A DNA stretch of 64,000 nt. Origin: the human T2T-CHM13v2.0 reference genome, Homo sapiens. A model generated the notes under the pieces. It made no database searches and had not been told where the DNA came from. It worked only from the letters and a program-made list of their open reading frames with translations. Of the stretch, positions 45,005 through 63,623 are shown piece after piece. The number at the start of each line of letters is the position of its first letter. Position 1 is the stretch's first letter. The DNA lies in NCBI RefSeq assembly GCF_009914755.1, contig NC_060935.1. One strand, 5' to 3'. The translations under genes were made by a program, and so were the position numbers.

Positions 45005-45405
45005 TTATTTTTTTCAGATAAATTTTACTGTGTATAACTGATGTTTGCAACATGACCTTATGGGATACATATATATAGTAAAATTTCCACTATAGTGAAG
45101 CAAATTAATACATCTCCTATCTCATCAGCCTTGATTTATATATACTGTACAAGTACAGACCAAAATTTAACTATTCCAAGTGGTCTGTTTTTTTCATTCC
45201 AACCTCAAGTGTTTGCTTTTCAAATCATTATTACTTACTGATACTTAGTTACTTTTTGTGGCAAAAGCTGCTAAAATCTACTTATTTAACAAAAATCCCT
45301 AACACAATTCAACTTTATTAACTATAGCCCTCATGTTGTATGTTGGATGTCTAGACTTGTTCATCCTACATATCAGCTACTTTGTAGATTCTGAGCTACA
45401 TCCCA
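45005..45405 (-). mobile_element. L1MA-type 3' end carrying an internal templated insert
   Basis: Same family as 28910-29585 (gctaaaatctacttatttaacaaaaatccctaa). Interrupted at 45126-45238. Confidence 0.8.
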
Positions 45406-45651
45406 GTATTCACTTTTAAGACTTAAATTTTTTAAAGTTTATTCCATTTATTTATCTTTGTTATTTTCATTATTTATACTTCAAATATTTCCATTTCTTT
45501 AAATATTTAAATCCTAATCTCATTGTTTAGGATTTAAAATAGACCTGAGTCTCAGACAACTAGCTCTTACCCAATTTGAAGCACCATTGAGCTGATGTTT
45601 CAGATTACTCTGTTGTCTGGGAACCTACAACACTCAGGTTTACTGAAGTTC

Positions 45652-45954
45652 TTTTTTTTTTTTTTTTTTTTTTTGAGACGGAGTCTTACTCTGTCATCCA
45701 GGCTGGAGTGCAGTGGCATGACCTTTGCTCACTGCAACCTCCACCTCCTGGGTTCAAGTGATTCTTCTGCCTCAGCCTCCTGAGTAGCTGGGAATACAGG
45801 CGAGTGCCACCATGCCCAGCTAATTTTTGTATTTTTAGTAGAGACAGGGTTTCACCATATTGGCCAGGCTGGTCTCGGACTCCTGACCTCGTGATCTGCC
45901 CACCTCGGCCTCCCAAAGTGCTGGGATTACAGGCGTGAGCCACTGTGCCCAGCC
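45652..45954 (-). mobile_element. Alu
   Basis: Antisense Alu with TSD tgaagttc. Confidence 0.93.
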
Positions 45955-46368
45955 TGAAGTTCATATTCTAAGACATAGAAAACACAGCATAGCGAAGAGT
46001 TTGGGCTCTAGATCCAGATGACCTGAATTCAAATCCCAGCTCTGCCATTTGCCAACTGTGTGGTAACAGTAAAGTTACTTAACCTTGCTGCTAAAGGAAG
46101 ATAATAACATCTACCTTGCAAGGTTATCATAAGGATTACATTTAATATTTGCCAAGGGCTTGGCACATGGTAGGTGCTCAATCAATGCCATTGCTATTAA
46201 ACACTCAACTGCATGTGAGGAGTGATGTTTGTTAGAATTCAAAACAATATAAGAAATTCATTGCCCTTAAGAAATGTACTGCTCAGTTGTGGGGTAAGAA
46301 ATTATAAGTGATTAAAAATAAAAAGATGGCTTTGCTCCAAGTGCCAAAAGAGTTGAGTGTGACCATCA

Positions 46369-47259
<891 letters not shown>

Positions 47260-47639
47260 CTAAGCTTTGAAGGAAGAAGATGACCCAGGTGAGCAGTGAG
47301 CAGGAGTAGAATCCAAGCAGAACACACGAAAGGGGCAAAGGCACAGGGGAAAGGAAGCAATTCCCTGTGACGTGCAGCGGATGAACCAATTTTGTCTGCA
47401 GCATAGAGAAGTGAAAGAGAAGGTTGGGAGGCCTGCACAATCCTTCAAAATTCAGTTCTCATCTTGCCTGTTAAGGTCTCCCAGACACTCCCCTCTGCTC
47501 CCAAAGCCTCCGGAATATTTTTCTGCTAAAATATTCTTACATTGCACTGTCACTTCTTGTTTTCTTAAATCTGTCCCTCAACTGGCTAACATCTTGCCAT
47601 TTCTGTTTGTTCCTTTCGGAGCCTCCAGCCCAGGAAGAA

Positions 47640-47855
47640 TAATAGTGTGGTAAAGTGATTAAGTGCCTGAATATCAGAGTCAGACAGACCAAGGTTCTGA
47701 CTCTTGTGTGTGAAATTGATCTCACTTCTCTGGGCCTCAGTTTCCTCCTATGTAAATGGGAACGGTGATAGCTACCATGGAAGGTGTTGTGAAAGTGAAA
47801 TTTGATAATGTCTACAAAGCACCTGGTATAGCATATGGCATGCTGTAAATGCTCA
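47640..47855 (+). mobile_element. MIR
   Basis: ctctgggcctcagtttcctcctatgtaaatggg. Confidence 0.75.
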
Positions 47856-50588
47856 GCATATGGCAGCTTTTATGGTTTTTACAATATCTGGTACATAGCG
47901 GTACTTGATAAATGTCTCAGCAAAGGTGTGCCACACTAAGGTAGATAGGCACTGGATTATAGGGAGCTCTGGATAGCAGCCTTGAAAGTTAGATCCTCCT
48001 GTCATCACTACTATTAATTTTAATATAATATACATAAGTGAAACCATTAGAAAGGCTACTGGGTAACTTTTGTAGGTTTGAAAACTTTATTCCTAGGAAT
48101 AAATTAAAAAAAAAAAAAGTGGAAGCTGTAGTTACCCACATGCTGATTGAGCTATACCACTGTCCTCCATTCTTCCAGTCGAGATGGCTAGAGTTGAAAC
48201 TCCAACCTGGTGCATTTCATTAAGATAATTTCAACTGCTCCCATTCTGTAGTACTAAATATCCAAAAACTCAATCAGTTTAGGATAACAAACCTATAATT
48301 ATACTTATCCATCACGAACTGCCAATTTAAAAAAAAAACAGCTTCAAATGACAAGAAGAAAGAAATGAAAGTCTGAATATTTTGATCAGGATTTGCCACC
48401 AATTTGCTGACCTAACAAGTGATGTGACTTTCTGAAGCCTGCATTTCCTGAATTTAAAAAATCTTCTGAGGGGTGCAGATGGGAGAGGGTCAGCATTCAG
48501 TGTTCTCCGTGTGTTTCCCCCGCTGGGTGCAGCTGTTTCTCCTCCTGACTCAGTAGATTTTCCCAGACCTCAGAACGTGTCCCACCCACTGGCACCCCTA
48601 CCCCCAACATCCAAGGCCAAGCTGAACCCCCTCTGTAATCTGAAAAAGATAAATTCCCTTTTCTCTGATTCAACTAGAGTTTTGCAATCTGAGTTAGCCA
48701 GGAATATAGGGAATAGAAAAGACACATAAAGCAGAAGAATGATTATGTAGCCTCCAAAAGTTCTGATGCTAACGTTAATATTGGGTCAAAGATGAGCATG
48801 GGGGTACAATTGAGTTGACGTTCAGACCTGAGTCCCCTTCCCACCTGTTCAGTTCTCTCTGGGATAAATAGTAATGAATAATAACAATAATTATCACTTA
48901 CCACTGGGCTCTGAAATAGGAAATTTACAAATAATTTCATTTATCTATTTTAAAATATATTTCATGTATCAACACAAGCATGGCAGCTTTCAGAGGGTGG
49001 TACCCATATCTGTTTTTGAGATCAGAAAAATAAGAATCAGGTTGAAAGTAGTGAGGCTTAGATTTGGAACTAGGTTTGTGGGACTCCAGGTCTTCACTTC
49101 ACCCACCCTATTGCCCTCTTACATTATGATTCCAGCCCAAGGATGGGTGAGCTTTGGAGTGGTCACTCTGCTTCAGGCCCTCCTGCTCAGCTCTCATGTC
49201 ACCCTCCAGATTTCCTGTGTGATGGGTGGCCCCAATTATGACTTTTGCTCCCTCTCGGGAACACATTTGTCTCCCCAATCAGCCCCACAGTGTGCCTGTA
49301 GACTGTTCAAGAGATGATGCCACACCCAGCCCAAACCAGTACCAGGACCTTCCTTTCCTACGATACTCAGACATCTTAGAAGACACTGGACCCAAGAAGT
49401 TTTCAATTTCCTTATAGAATTTATCTCCAGTTCTATCCCAGAACCTGCTTTCTGTCCCAGAAACAGCTGCATCCAGTGGGGGGAATATATGGAGAACACT
49501 GAATAGAGTCCCTCTTGGTCATTCTCCACCACTCCTGGACCCCCTGGCCTCGTAGGGCTCTATGTGGCACCTGGCCCTCTCTGTCTGAGAGGAAATCGCT
49601 TCCTGAACCGGAGTCAGAGTGTGCCGTCCTGACCTTGCAGAAGCCTCTTTTCTGTTCTCTAGAGACCTCTGGGGCCTACTCACATGACCCATTTCTCTCT
49701 GAGCTTTTCTTCTTACCTGAAGCTTACTCCCCTGGCATGTCTTTGGATTTCTTTTCTGAATATCGGCAAGTTATTTGAGAGGCTGGCATCCATGGCTCAC
49801 TCATGGGACTGGATGCAGAATGCCACTTCTTCCACTTTAGAAGGCAGAGACAATATCAGCCCCCTTTCGAGGGCTGGAAGAGATTCCTGAGCCCAGTGAA
49901 ACATAGAGTTTACCAGATCAATTGACCTGCTGTCTCTGGTGACCCACCCCTTCAATGCTCTCCCAGCCCCCGTGGTGTCTGGAATTCTCTCATAGTTGTA
50001 CACACTGTGGAGCCTTACATATATTCTCAATAAATATAACAGCTGATAAGGAAAGGGGAGAATACTTTCCTTAAGGCTTTACCTTCTTATGAAATATGAG
50101 AAAACATGGGGAGAGGAAGACTACCAATGCCCTCATTTCCTAGATACTAAGCCAATTATTAGTATTCCATGCTAGAAACAGATAGAACCCTTTACTAATG
50201 TAGAAATCTAATACCATACTACTGCTCTTTGGCATTCTAATGGTGGTGCTAAACAACAATGAAAATGCCAAAAGAAGAAGAAGTCGAATACAGGTAAGAG
50301 CAAAAACTGGTACACAGGCCTTAAAATTAAGGAGTTGGTCATACATAAATCCAAGGAAGAAATCACAGCCTCCACAACCATCAGCATATTGTCACACCTG
50401 AGAACATAACATGTGGATAGTATATTGAATCTGTGATGGGAAAAAGGGTAAGCTTTGGACCGAGGCATCCCGAGCTCTGCAGGTATGAGTGCCAAACAGT
50501 TGGCACCACTGCAATTACAGGAAATACGGTCTTCTCTGATTTCTTAAAATTTACCATAAAAATTATTTTTCACCTCTTCAACTCATAA

Positions 50589-51033
<445 letters not shown>

Positions 51034-53208
51034 TCTTTACTTTTCTTTTCTTCTCTTAGCTTTTTATTTCTTTCCATATTATCTTTATTTTTCTTAAATT
51101 TTTAGAAATCCCTGTTGTTCTCTTTGTGTTTGACTGCTAAGGCTCTTAAGAAACCTGCAATTTTCCTTTAATAAATATATCTTATTTATCCTTGCTACTT
51201 TTTCATGAATGCCAGCAGAAGAATCTATTTCTCATTTGAAATTTTGCAAGGTTATTGATAAAGGGAATCAGTATTCACCCTGGGAACATCTCCCTATACC
51301 TTTTGCTCCATCTCATAGCACAGTGCTTTGCATATTGCTTGTTAACACGGCCAGCTAACCCCCTCCACGAGCCTACAAAGAATTTAAAAAGAAAAAAAAA
51401 CATTTTCCGAGGAGGCAGTGTCTAGTAAACTCAAAACACCAATGTTTGAATACAGAGGTACACACTATATTCTTGGCATTCATTTGAATGAATGCTTTAC
51501 TAAGGCTTTCTAAATGGCCTATTGTCTGACTTTAATTAGCCCACTGTCCTGCCCTGTTTAGAGATCTGAACCACATTCCCAGTGCTTTCTGTGTTCCCCA
51601 CCCAACCACCTGCTCCCTCACAATCACAGAAATTTTTAAAATAATAATAAAGGCAAACCTTTTGCAAGCAACTTATTTTTTCAGCTGCTCTATTGGTTCT
51701 GCAGGGTTTTTTTAATGTCATAAAATTTAAAATAATTCCTGGTGGTGAATTCTTTCATGCAGCTTGCAAAAATAATCAGTTTTTGCAGCGGAACAGCCGT
51801 GGCAAGTCCATCTGGCAGGGATGTAGTTCTGCAGATTCTGTTCTGACCAAAGTGCATCTCAGTGACTCCTGTTGTTCTAACTTAGCTACATAAATACAAA
51901 TAGCATTCCAAAGGCATGCCAAGATCCAGGGGTAAAAAATATGTTTCATTTTGTAACTTAGGCAACAGAAATCACTTTCTCACAGAGACAGCCTGAACAT
52001 TATTTTGTGCCAAGCAGGAGAGTTTTAACAGTAAAATTTTAAGAAATTATCTGAAAATGGGAATTCTGCAACCATCTGAGCTTTCCAAATGACATAAAAT
52101 AGTTTATATCCCAGCAATTGAAGACAGTTGACATCACAGTTTTCAAAAGATTTGAGATTTGCAATAAATATATGACCTAAAGTCTATTTATTAATTTTTG
52201 TTAAATAGTTGCTTTAATTACAAAAGAAATTCAGTGTAAAATTTCAGACAGAATAAGAGTTAAAGTGAAAAGCAGAAGCTCACTGAAGTCTTCCCTGTCC
52301 CCAGTTCTCTTGTCCTACATCCCAAAGGCCACCCCAGTGAGTTTCATGTAAATTCTCCCAGAAAATTTGCTATGGCATTTTATTAAAGAGAAATTAAGTT
52401 GTTGCACCAACAAGTTAATGAATACCAAAATTTGTTAGATAATTACATGCACTATTACAAAAAATGCATAAATTAATGTTTTTGTGGCAAAATCCCTTCC
52501 TGAGAGAGAATTTAAACATGGCTTTTAGTTTTCATTTTACCCCTACACATTTGAAAGCCTTGAGCAAATCACTTAATCTTTTTATGTCAATAACATAGCC
52601 CTTACTGTCACCTAAGGCTGGTGATAATGAGACAGGGTGCACAAAACCAGATGAACTCTTTCTTTGTAAGATAAATCCCCTATAACCTAGGCTTTGTAGA
52701 AACAGGTAAATGCTTTTGAGGATATATGTTTCAATATTCCCTCCTCAGTCAAAAATTCTTCTTGGCCTTAGAATTGGGCCTATACCATGCCCCATTAAAT
52801 TAAGTCATATAAAAAGTAGGGTTTTTTTATTTGTAAATATGTCAGTATGAGGAAGACCTGCCAGCCGCCTCTCATACAGGTATCAGCAGTAAGGTTGGTG
52901 ATAACAAAGAAAAGAGGAAGAGAGCCCTGGAAATTGTACAGCATCCAGGACAGGTGGCCAGCAGTCCTCAGCACCTATGGGAGAGTATCAGCCCTTGTTG
53001 ATAATCCTCTAAAAGGAGGCCAAATAGAAGTGAGTAGAAATGGCACCTGCTGGCCTTCTGAAATCCCAGCCCTACTGAGGGCCATCAGACCCTCATCACT
53101 GGGCTCTATTCACCTATAACAACCCATACACTCACCCCACCAGTCATTTCCAACCTGTCATTTTAGCACCAGATTAAATTTCCTCGAGCAATATTTTCAC
53201 CATGTCTA

Positions 53209-54212
<1,004 letters not shown>

Positions 54213-56727
54213 GAACTTTATAACCTGGTTCCTGCATCTTCCTCCAGCTTCTCTTCAGCTTTCTTGTCTTCACACTTCCTGCCCACATTTCCAGGTATGT
54301 GACATGCAGTTCCTCACATTTTGAGCCTTTGCTTCTCCCTCCAGCAACAATAGCCCTTAAACTGATTTCCTTTTATCTAGCCTTCAGAACCAGACTCAGA
54401 TATCATCTATGTTTTGATGTGCTAAATCACATTCCCCCAGGACAGTAAATCACCTCATCACCACCCCAAACTTCATCCCTGCCCCCACCCCCATACCTGC
54501 ACTAAATCACATTTAGAATTCAGGCTATGTCACTTAGCAGCTTTGTGACCTTGGACAAGTCCTTCAGAAGTATCTATTAGTTTTCCCATCAATAAGCTAG
54601 GGATTATAACAATCTATCTCATTGGTTAATGGTGATGATCTAATGAAATAATGCATGTAAATCATCTCACACTCTACAGAGTACATAAAGAACCCAGACA
54701 TTAGTTGTCACTAAAAATGATCACACAGACACACTAACATATGTAAAGTGCCAGACACAGAGTCTGGCGGGAAGTGGCACCAGGAAATGCTAGTCTTCTC
54801 AACCACAACCCTTATTTCTATTATTGCACCAATTACATATATATTTATGCACCTGTTTTTGCGATGAAACTGTGTGCTGTCGAGAATAGAATCTATGTCT
54901 TACTCCTCTTTGTATTTCTGGAAACTACCACAATCCTGGTGCAGAGTAGGCACAGAATACATTTTAATAGAATGAATGAAATGAAACTTCTGCTCTAGAC
55001 AAGCCAACTTGCTTATTATTCCCTGAAGAAGAGCTGTGCTTTCCCACCTTGTGTTTGGTTCACAAAATTCCTCCTTCCTGGGAGCTTCCTTTCTCCTGTC
55101 TGCATCCTCTCAGCCTTCAGCACCCAATTCAAATCCTCCACACATTGATTTGCCCCTTTTCTGATGCATAGTAGATGCTTATAACTGTAGTTTATATTCA
55201 TTATAGAGTATTTTTCTTATTTACAATCAAATATATAACTCAGATAAGTGGCCTATAAATCAAAACCTGTTTCAAACTTTACAAAAGTAATAAGATTTAT
55301 AAGATATGTTTGAGATAGTTTAGCCAACACACCAGATTTCACACCAACCGAAATGCCCTTGGTTCTACTATATACTTCTCCTGTTAACTAAGGCATGTAA
55401 ATCTCTATATCCATTTTTTTTTTCTGGGGAGATGTTACAACCTAACATCAGTGCCCATTTAAAGACTAACTGTGTTAACATCCAGCATTAACCTTCCTTT
55501 AATTCCAAAGTTGGAGGAAAACCACATGACCTATGGTGGATCTAAATGTAGACATTAAAATGTGGTGTCAGATGTTCAATATGGTATCATCAGCTCCACC
55601 TGCCTCACAACCATAGAAATGATGACAATGAAAAATTAAATGTATAAAATACTATGAATATCTCAAAGAGGGATATCACCTGTTCACAAGTGGCTATGAT
55701 TATTATTACTTAAGCATTAGTAGCAATATCTTTAAGTTTGAAGACTTATTTTCTAAACTAAATTTTATCTCAATTTGAATTAAGAAATAAAATTATACAG
55801 CAGTATGAAACATGTCATGCTAGTCAGACATCACTTCCTTAGTACATTTCAATATGTCCTTCAACTAGGTTGGCACCTAAAAATATTATTATAGGATAAT
55901 AAAATGACTATAAATGTACTCAAGGGAAACTCCTAATCTTATCACTTTACTACCTTGGTGACCTATTAGTTCAAATTAACTCATTTTCATGGAGGGGCTT
56001 TGGGGGCAGCTGTGAGCCTGCCGTGTTAGCTGCAGGAAGTTGCAGGCTGGCAAATTTCATTCAAATATAAACCTCTAAATTTGGCTAGCTGGCATTGCAG
56101 GATCCTGTTGTTTGCAGTATGCAAAATAAAAATTATATACCATCTCGCTTGGTCAAAAGTTATGGGCTCTTCAATGTTAATTTCAATGTTATTTTTTGGA
56201 GGATTTGCAGGATAAGAGGCAACTGTGTGAATACAATATATTGAACCAAGAAAGAAATGTAAGATTTCCCTTCACGTAGGAAATGACAATTGAGTGCACA
56301 TGCTGAAGGACCCTGGCTTAGGCTTTTCTCTCCTGACCCGTGAAATCTGGAAATGGGATGGAGAAGCAAGTGGTAGCTCTGAAATCTTACCAGTGGCACC
56401 CTTCCCAGCCCCATGCAGGCCCTTTAGGAGTCTTCTAGGGTCTGTGATACCAACTGAAGAGGTCCATTATCACTGACTTTTGTGTTTATCCATCAAAATA
56501 TTTCCCAGGTCACCACAGAGGGGGCAGCATTAATTATATATATAAACTGACTAGTCTGATGAAAATGTTTTACATCATGATTGTGGTGATAGGTCACAAG
56601 TGTTCATCAAATTTTGCCAAAATTCATCAAATTGTACCCTTAAATTTTGTGAATTTTATTATATGTAAATTACATCTCAATAAAGCTGACCCCTTCAAAA
56701 GTAGAATGTCACTCAAAGGATTAAGGA

Positions 56728-56886
56728 TGTGTGTGTGTGTGCATGTGTGTGTGTAAGAAAGAAAGAGAGAGAAAGAGACAGAGACAGATAGACAGACAGA
56801 CAGACAGGAAAGCACCCCACCCGATCCTCTTTGTGAGCTTTTATATAATTTATATAATATATAAATTTATATAATTTATATAATAA
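56728..56886. repeat. Compound (TG)n/(GA)n/(GACA)n and AT-rich simple repeats
   Basis: Read directly from the sequence. Confidence 0.85.
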
Positions 56887-57379
56887 ATGATCTCTCTGGA
56901 TGTCCCTAAGTCTCCATTATACTAAATTTTTTCAAACTAGGATGCTTTTCTATTTTTAATTGTTGAGTTATTAAAATGCTTCCAAAGCAGACTGGTGCGG
57001 TGGTTAAGAAACAGGCTCTGATATCAGAAAGGCCCTTGTCTAATTCCACCGACTACCACCATCGCCACAACCAATCCTCTCCTAGAAGGGAAATCAGGTT
57101 ATTCTCTCTATGCTTAGGTTCCCTCACTGGCAAAATGAGAATAATATTACTTATCTTCTGGGATGGTCGTGAGACTTAAATGAGATGATACATATAACAC
57201 AGTTGACCATAGCAATGGCCAACAGTGTGTTTATGAAATTACTATAAGTAAGTGCTTATGAATTACTTCTGTTATAATTTAAATGTCTGCTGGAAAATGT
57301 TGGGAGTCATGGAAAAATAAAAGCTTTGTGCTGTGTTAAAACCAGGAAGGTATCTACGTCTAGGCTCAATATTTACAGA

Positions 57380-59470
<2,091 letters not shown>

Positions 59471-60564
59471 AGTAATAAATAAAATCCACTAGACCTTTAA
59501 TTGTGAAATCTTTGTAGAGTCTTCTGGTATAAAAATTGGGCTGGGGAGGAGTCGGTACTGTCAGTTCCACAGTAATAATTAGGCCTGGGCAGAAGATGGA
59601 GGAGGCATCGTAGAAGATGCTGGAGATTGCTGGCAGTAGAGGAGAAAGACAGAAAAACTTTTAGAGCAGATATGTCAAAAGGTGAAGGAGCTGTGTCAGC
59701 CACAATGACATAGACTGGGCTCTCTCCCTGCCTGGGGCAGAGGCAGGAGGCAGAGCCACTCCAGCTGATAAATAAATGGCTAACATGCTGAGGGCAAATA
59801 GGGTGCTGATGCTGATGCTCATCGGATTGGGCATGTGTGCTGTGTCTCACAGGGGCCTTGATCCTGGCCCCAGCCTTGGCCAGAGCAGTTTAAGGGAAGC
59901 AGGCAGGAAGAGAAGGTGGGAGAAGAACAATGGGACATCTCCCTGGGCGGCACCCAGGACAGCTACCACCCCCTGGCACATCCTACTTAACCTGGAAGGA
60001 GGCTGAGGCTGAAGCCAGAAGACATATGTGTTGGCACAGATCTTCAAGGAAAGACCCAGCCACACCACAGAGCTGAAAATGGGAGGGTAACACTGGATAA
60101 CATGGGCGCCTGCTACATGGGAATATGTGCCCAAATACAAGTGCATCTGTGATTTAATCACTGCCCCTTTCCTTCTCATAGAAATATTAAGGGACCTACT
60201 TCTGACCATTACATGCCCGAGAGTTCCCTTCTGCCACTTAAAAGTGTTAAAATATTAAACAGGAAAACCCATAAATCAAAAGGTTTGGAGAAATATACCA
60301 CAGATTTGAAGGAACCAACAAATGCATAATAGTAATAATAGCTAAGGCACATATGCTGTTTACCATGTGGCAGACACTATTCTAAGTGCTCGATGTAATA
60401 ATCTCATTTAATCTTCATGTGCCCAAGATCCCACAGCTAATAAGAGGTAGAGCTGGGATTCAAATGTAGTCACTCTGGTTCCAGAGGCTTTACTCTTAAT
60501 TACCATGCTGCTTCTGAGTTGTTGGAAGATATTTTGCCTGGAGAAGTTCGAACTCGAGGTTGAT

Positions 60565-60738
60565 ATTACAGATTGCAATTGCACGTTTGCATTCCCCTAA
60601 AATTCAAATGTTGAGGTGCTAATCCCCTGTGTGATGGCATTTGGAGAAGGGGCCTTTGGGAGGTAATTAGATCTTGCAGGTGAATCCCTCTAATGGGATT
60701 AGTGTCCTTATAAGAAGAGACACCAGAGAGATGATCTC

Positions 60739-60779
<41 letters not shown>

Positions 60780-60932
60780 CATGTGAACACACAGTGAGAA
60801 GCCAGCTTTCTGCAAACCAGAAAGAGGGCCCGCACTAAAAACCACACCTAGATCTCAGACTTCCAGTCTCCTGAACTGTGAGAAATAAATTTTTGTTATT
60901 TAAGCCATGCAGTCTATGGTATTTTTCATAGG
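60565..60932 (+). mobile_element. MST/MLT1A-like MaLR LTR with (TC)n
   Basis: ggggcctttgggaggtaattag ... cagacttccagtctcctgaactgtgagaaataaat. Confidence 0.8.
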
Positions 60933-61506
60933 CTTGTCTTCAGATATTTGAAGGGCTGTGTATGCAAGAAGTGTTAAACTTATTCTATAAAGACCAAAGG
61001 GATTAGAACTAGAAAGTTATTCTTTCCAGCCAACTTTGTAATTGGTAAAAGTTCCTAAAGAAGAAATGGGTTTCCTCAGAGGGTGCTAAGTTCTCTGTGC
61101 CTGGATATTAGATGCACCTGGTGTTAGTAATATGGAGAGAATGTAATCATTGAATGAGACTCTATAAAATTTCTTCCAACTCTTGAGAGTCTATAGAATC
61201 ATTAAAGTCACTGCAAAAGAGCTCGGATTCAATGAACTGGATGTTGAGGATTCTTAACTTCCACAGAAGCTACACCCTCTCCACTTACTTTGCTCCAGGA
61301 CATCTCGGAGCCATGATTTGCGTATTTTAAGACTCTACACGCCTAGATACTCTTCCTTCAGAGGTCAGCTTAGGCACTGCATCCTGCAAGATGTGTCTCC
61401 CACCCCATTCTTGACACCAGTTTAGGTGCCCGCATCACCCCATCTTTCCCTGACCCTGCCACTTCTCATACTACACCGAATATTCTGTTTTGTCATCAAT
61501 CACCCC

Positions 61507-62229
61507 TGTATTGGTGTCTTAGGGCTGCAGTAACAAGTTACCACAAATGGGATGACTTACAGCAACAGAAATGTATCATCTCATAGATAGCTCTAGAGGC
61601 TAGAAGTCCAAAATCAAGGTGTCAGCAGGGCCATGCTCCCTCTGGAGCCTCTGGGGAGAATCCTTCCTTGCCTCTTCCTAGCTGGCAGTTGTCACTGGTG
61701 ATCCTCGATGTTCCTTGGCTTGAGGTTGTATCACTCAAACTGCTGCCTTTGTCTTCACATGACCTTGTCCCATCTGCATCTGTGTCTTTGTGCGTCCCTC
61801 TCCTCTTCCTATTAGGACATCAGTCACATGAGATTTAGGACCCACCCTAATTTAATATGACCTCATCTTAATTTAAGTAGTTACATCTTTAACAGCCCTA
61901 TTAGCAAATACCGTCACATTCACAGGTATCAGGGATTAAGGTATCAATATAACTTTGGGTGGCTTATGCCTGAAATTCCAGCAATTTGGGAGGCCGAAAC
62001 AGGTAGATCACCTGAGGTCAGGAGTTCGAGACCAGCCTGGCCAACACAGTGAAACCCATCTCTACTAAAAATGCAAAAAGTAGCCAGGTGTGGTGGTGCG
62101 TGCCTGTAATCCCAGCTACTCAGGAGACTGAGGCAGGAGAATCACTTGAATCCGGGAGGTGGAAGTTGCAGTGAGCCGAGATCGTGCCATTGCACTATAG
62201 CCTGGGTGAGAGAGTGAGACTCCATCTCA

Positions 62230-62263
<34 letters not shown>

Positions 62264-62300
62264 TCTTTTGGAGGGGGCACATAATGCAACCCACCACATT
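61507..62300 (-). mobile_element. MLT1B/C-like LTR interrupted by a sense Alu (61958-62247)
   Basis: agggctgcagtaacaagttaccacaaa ... ggctagaagtccaaaatcaaggtgtcagcaggg. The Alu has an A/(TA)n tail. Confidence 0.8.
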
Positions 62301-62539
62301 CCCCAACCTCTCCCTGCTCTCTAGCCTGTGGGTTCTTTGAAGATTGTGTCTTCATTCCACATATTTTTCTTACGTCTATTATGAACTACACCCTGTTCTA
62401 GGCACTGAGGGCACATCACAGTCAAGGTCCCTACAGTTGGTGGAGCTTCTTCCTCCACATGGATTCAGACAGTAAACATTGAAGTGGCCCTTCAGTGCTG
62501 AAGCCAAACACTAAGTGCATGTATGCACATACACACATA

Positions 62540-63251
62540 CAGTAGGCGCCCCTTAGCCATGGTTTCCCTTTCTGAGGTTTCAGCTACTCATGGTTAACTG
62601 CAGTCTGAACATACTAAATGCGAAATTCCAGAAATAAACAATTTCTAGATCTTAAATGGCATGCCTTTCTCAGTGGTGTGATGAAATTTCATTCAGTCCC
62701 ACTCTGTGCTGCCCAGGACTTGAATCTTACCTTTGTCCAGCCAATCCACACTGTCTACACCACCTGCCCGTTAGTGTCTCAGTAGCCGACTCAGTGATTG
62801 GATCACCTGTCTCTGTATGGCAGTGCTTGTGTTCAAGTCACCCTTATTGTATTTCACAATGGCCCGAAAGCACAAGAGTAGTGACACTGGCAATTTAGAT
62901 ATGCCAAAGAGAAGCCGGAATGTGCTTCCTTTAAATGAAAAAGTAAACGTTCTCAACTTAATAAGGAAAGAAAAAAAATGTATGCTGAGGTCAGACATTG
63001 GTATGGTAAGAACAAATCTTTTGTCTGTGAAATTGTGAAGAAGGCGAAAGAAATTCATGCGAGTTTTGCTGTTGCACCTCGAACTGCAAAACTGTGGCCA
63101 CAATGCATGATAAATTCTTAGCTAAGATGGAAAAGGCATTGAGTTTGTGGGTGGAGGACATGATGGCAATCAGGTGTGGTGCTATCCTCAGTTTTAGGAA
63201 CCCACTGGGGAGTCTTGGAACATATCCCTCGTGGGTAAGGGGAGGCTACTG
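62540..63251 (+). mobile_element. MER44C/D (Tigger7 deletion derivative)
   Basis: TIRs cagtaggcgcccctta ... taaggggaggctactg. ORF 62817 DMPKRSRNVLPLNEKVNVLNLIRKEKK is a transposase N-terminal HTH remnant. Confidence 0.85.
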
Positions 63252-63580
63252 GATATGCGTATATATAGTCACTTAATATATATTGGATGAGGGAATGTTA
63301 ACTGGAACAGTAGAAGATGAAGGATAAATTACTACATTTCATCCAGCCAGTGCTTTCTGGCATGTTTATCAAAATGTAAAAGTGTGGTTGCTCTTTGTCC
63401 CTTGTAAAACTTTGTTCTATGGTACTTGAATTCTTATTCTCAGTTGACCTGAGGGTCAACCCAACTCCCCAGATAATACTTCTGAATATCATAAAACCAA
63501 GCTTATAAGGTGTATTCCTAATTTTTATTAAATTCAAACTTACAACTAAAGAAAACACTTGAATTCTGTTTACCTTCCAG

Positions 63581-63623
63581 GGCAGCGTCAGTTCCTCTCA
63601 GTCTCCATTTGTGCAGATGCCAG
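63581..63623 (+). CDS. POU2AF2: POU2AF2 coding exon 3 (43 nt): GSVSSSQSPFVQMP(G); the gene continues past the window
   Basis: ctgtttaccttccag|GGCAGC...ATGCCAG|gtgagt. Phase 0 matches exons 1+2 (120 nt = 40 codons). Contains the internal ATG at 63617. Confidence 0.9.

Noticed and set aside
62817-63276. Transposase-like ORFs as a domesticated gene
   Set aside because: Short, frameshifted remnants within a non-autonomous MER44/Tigger7 element.
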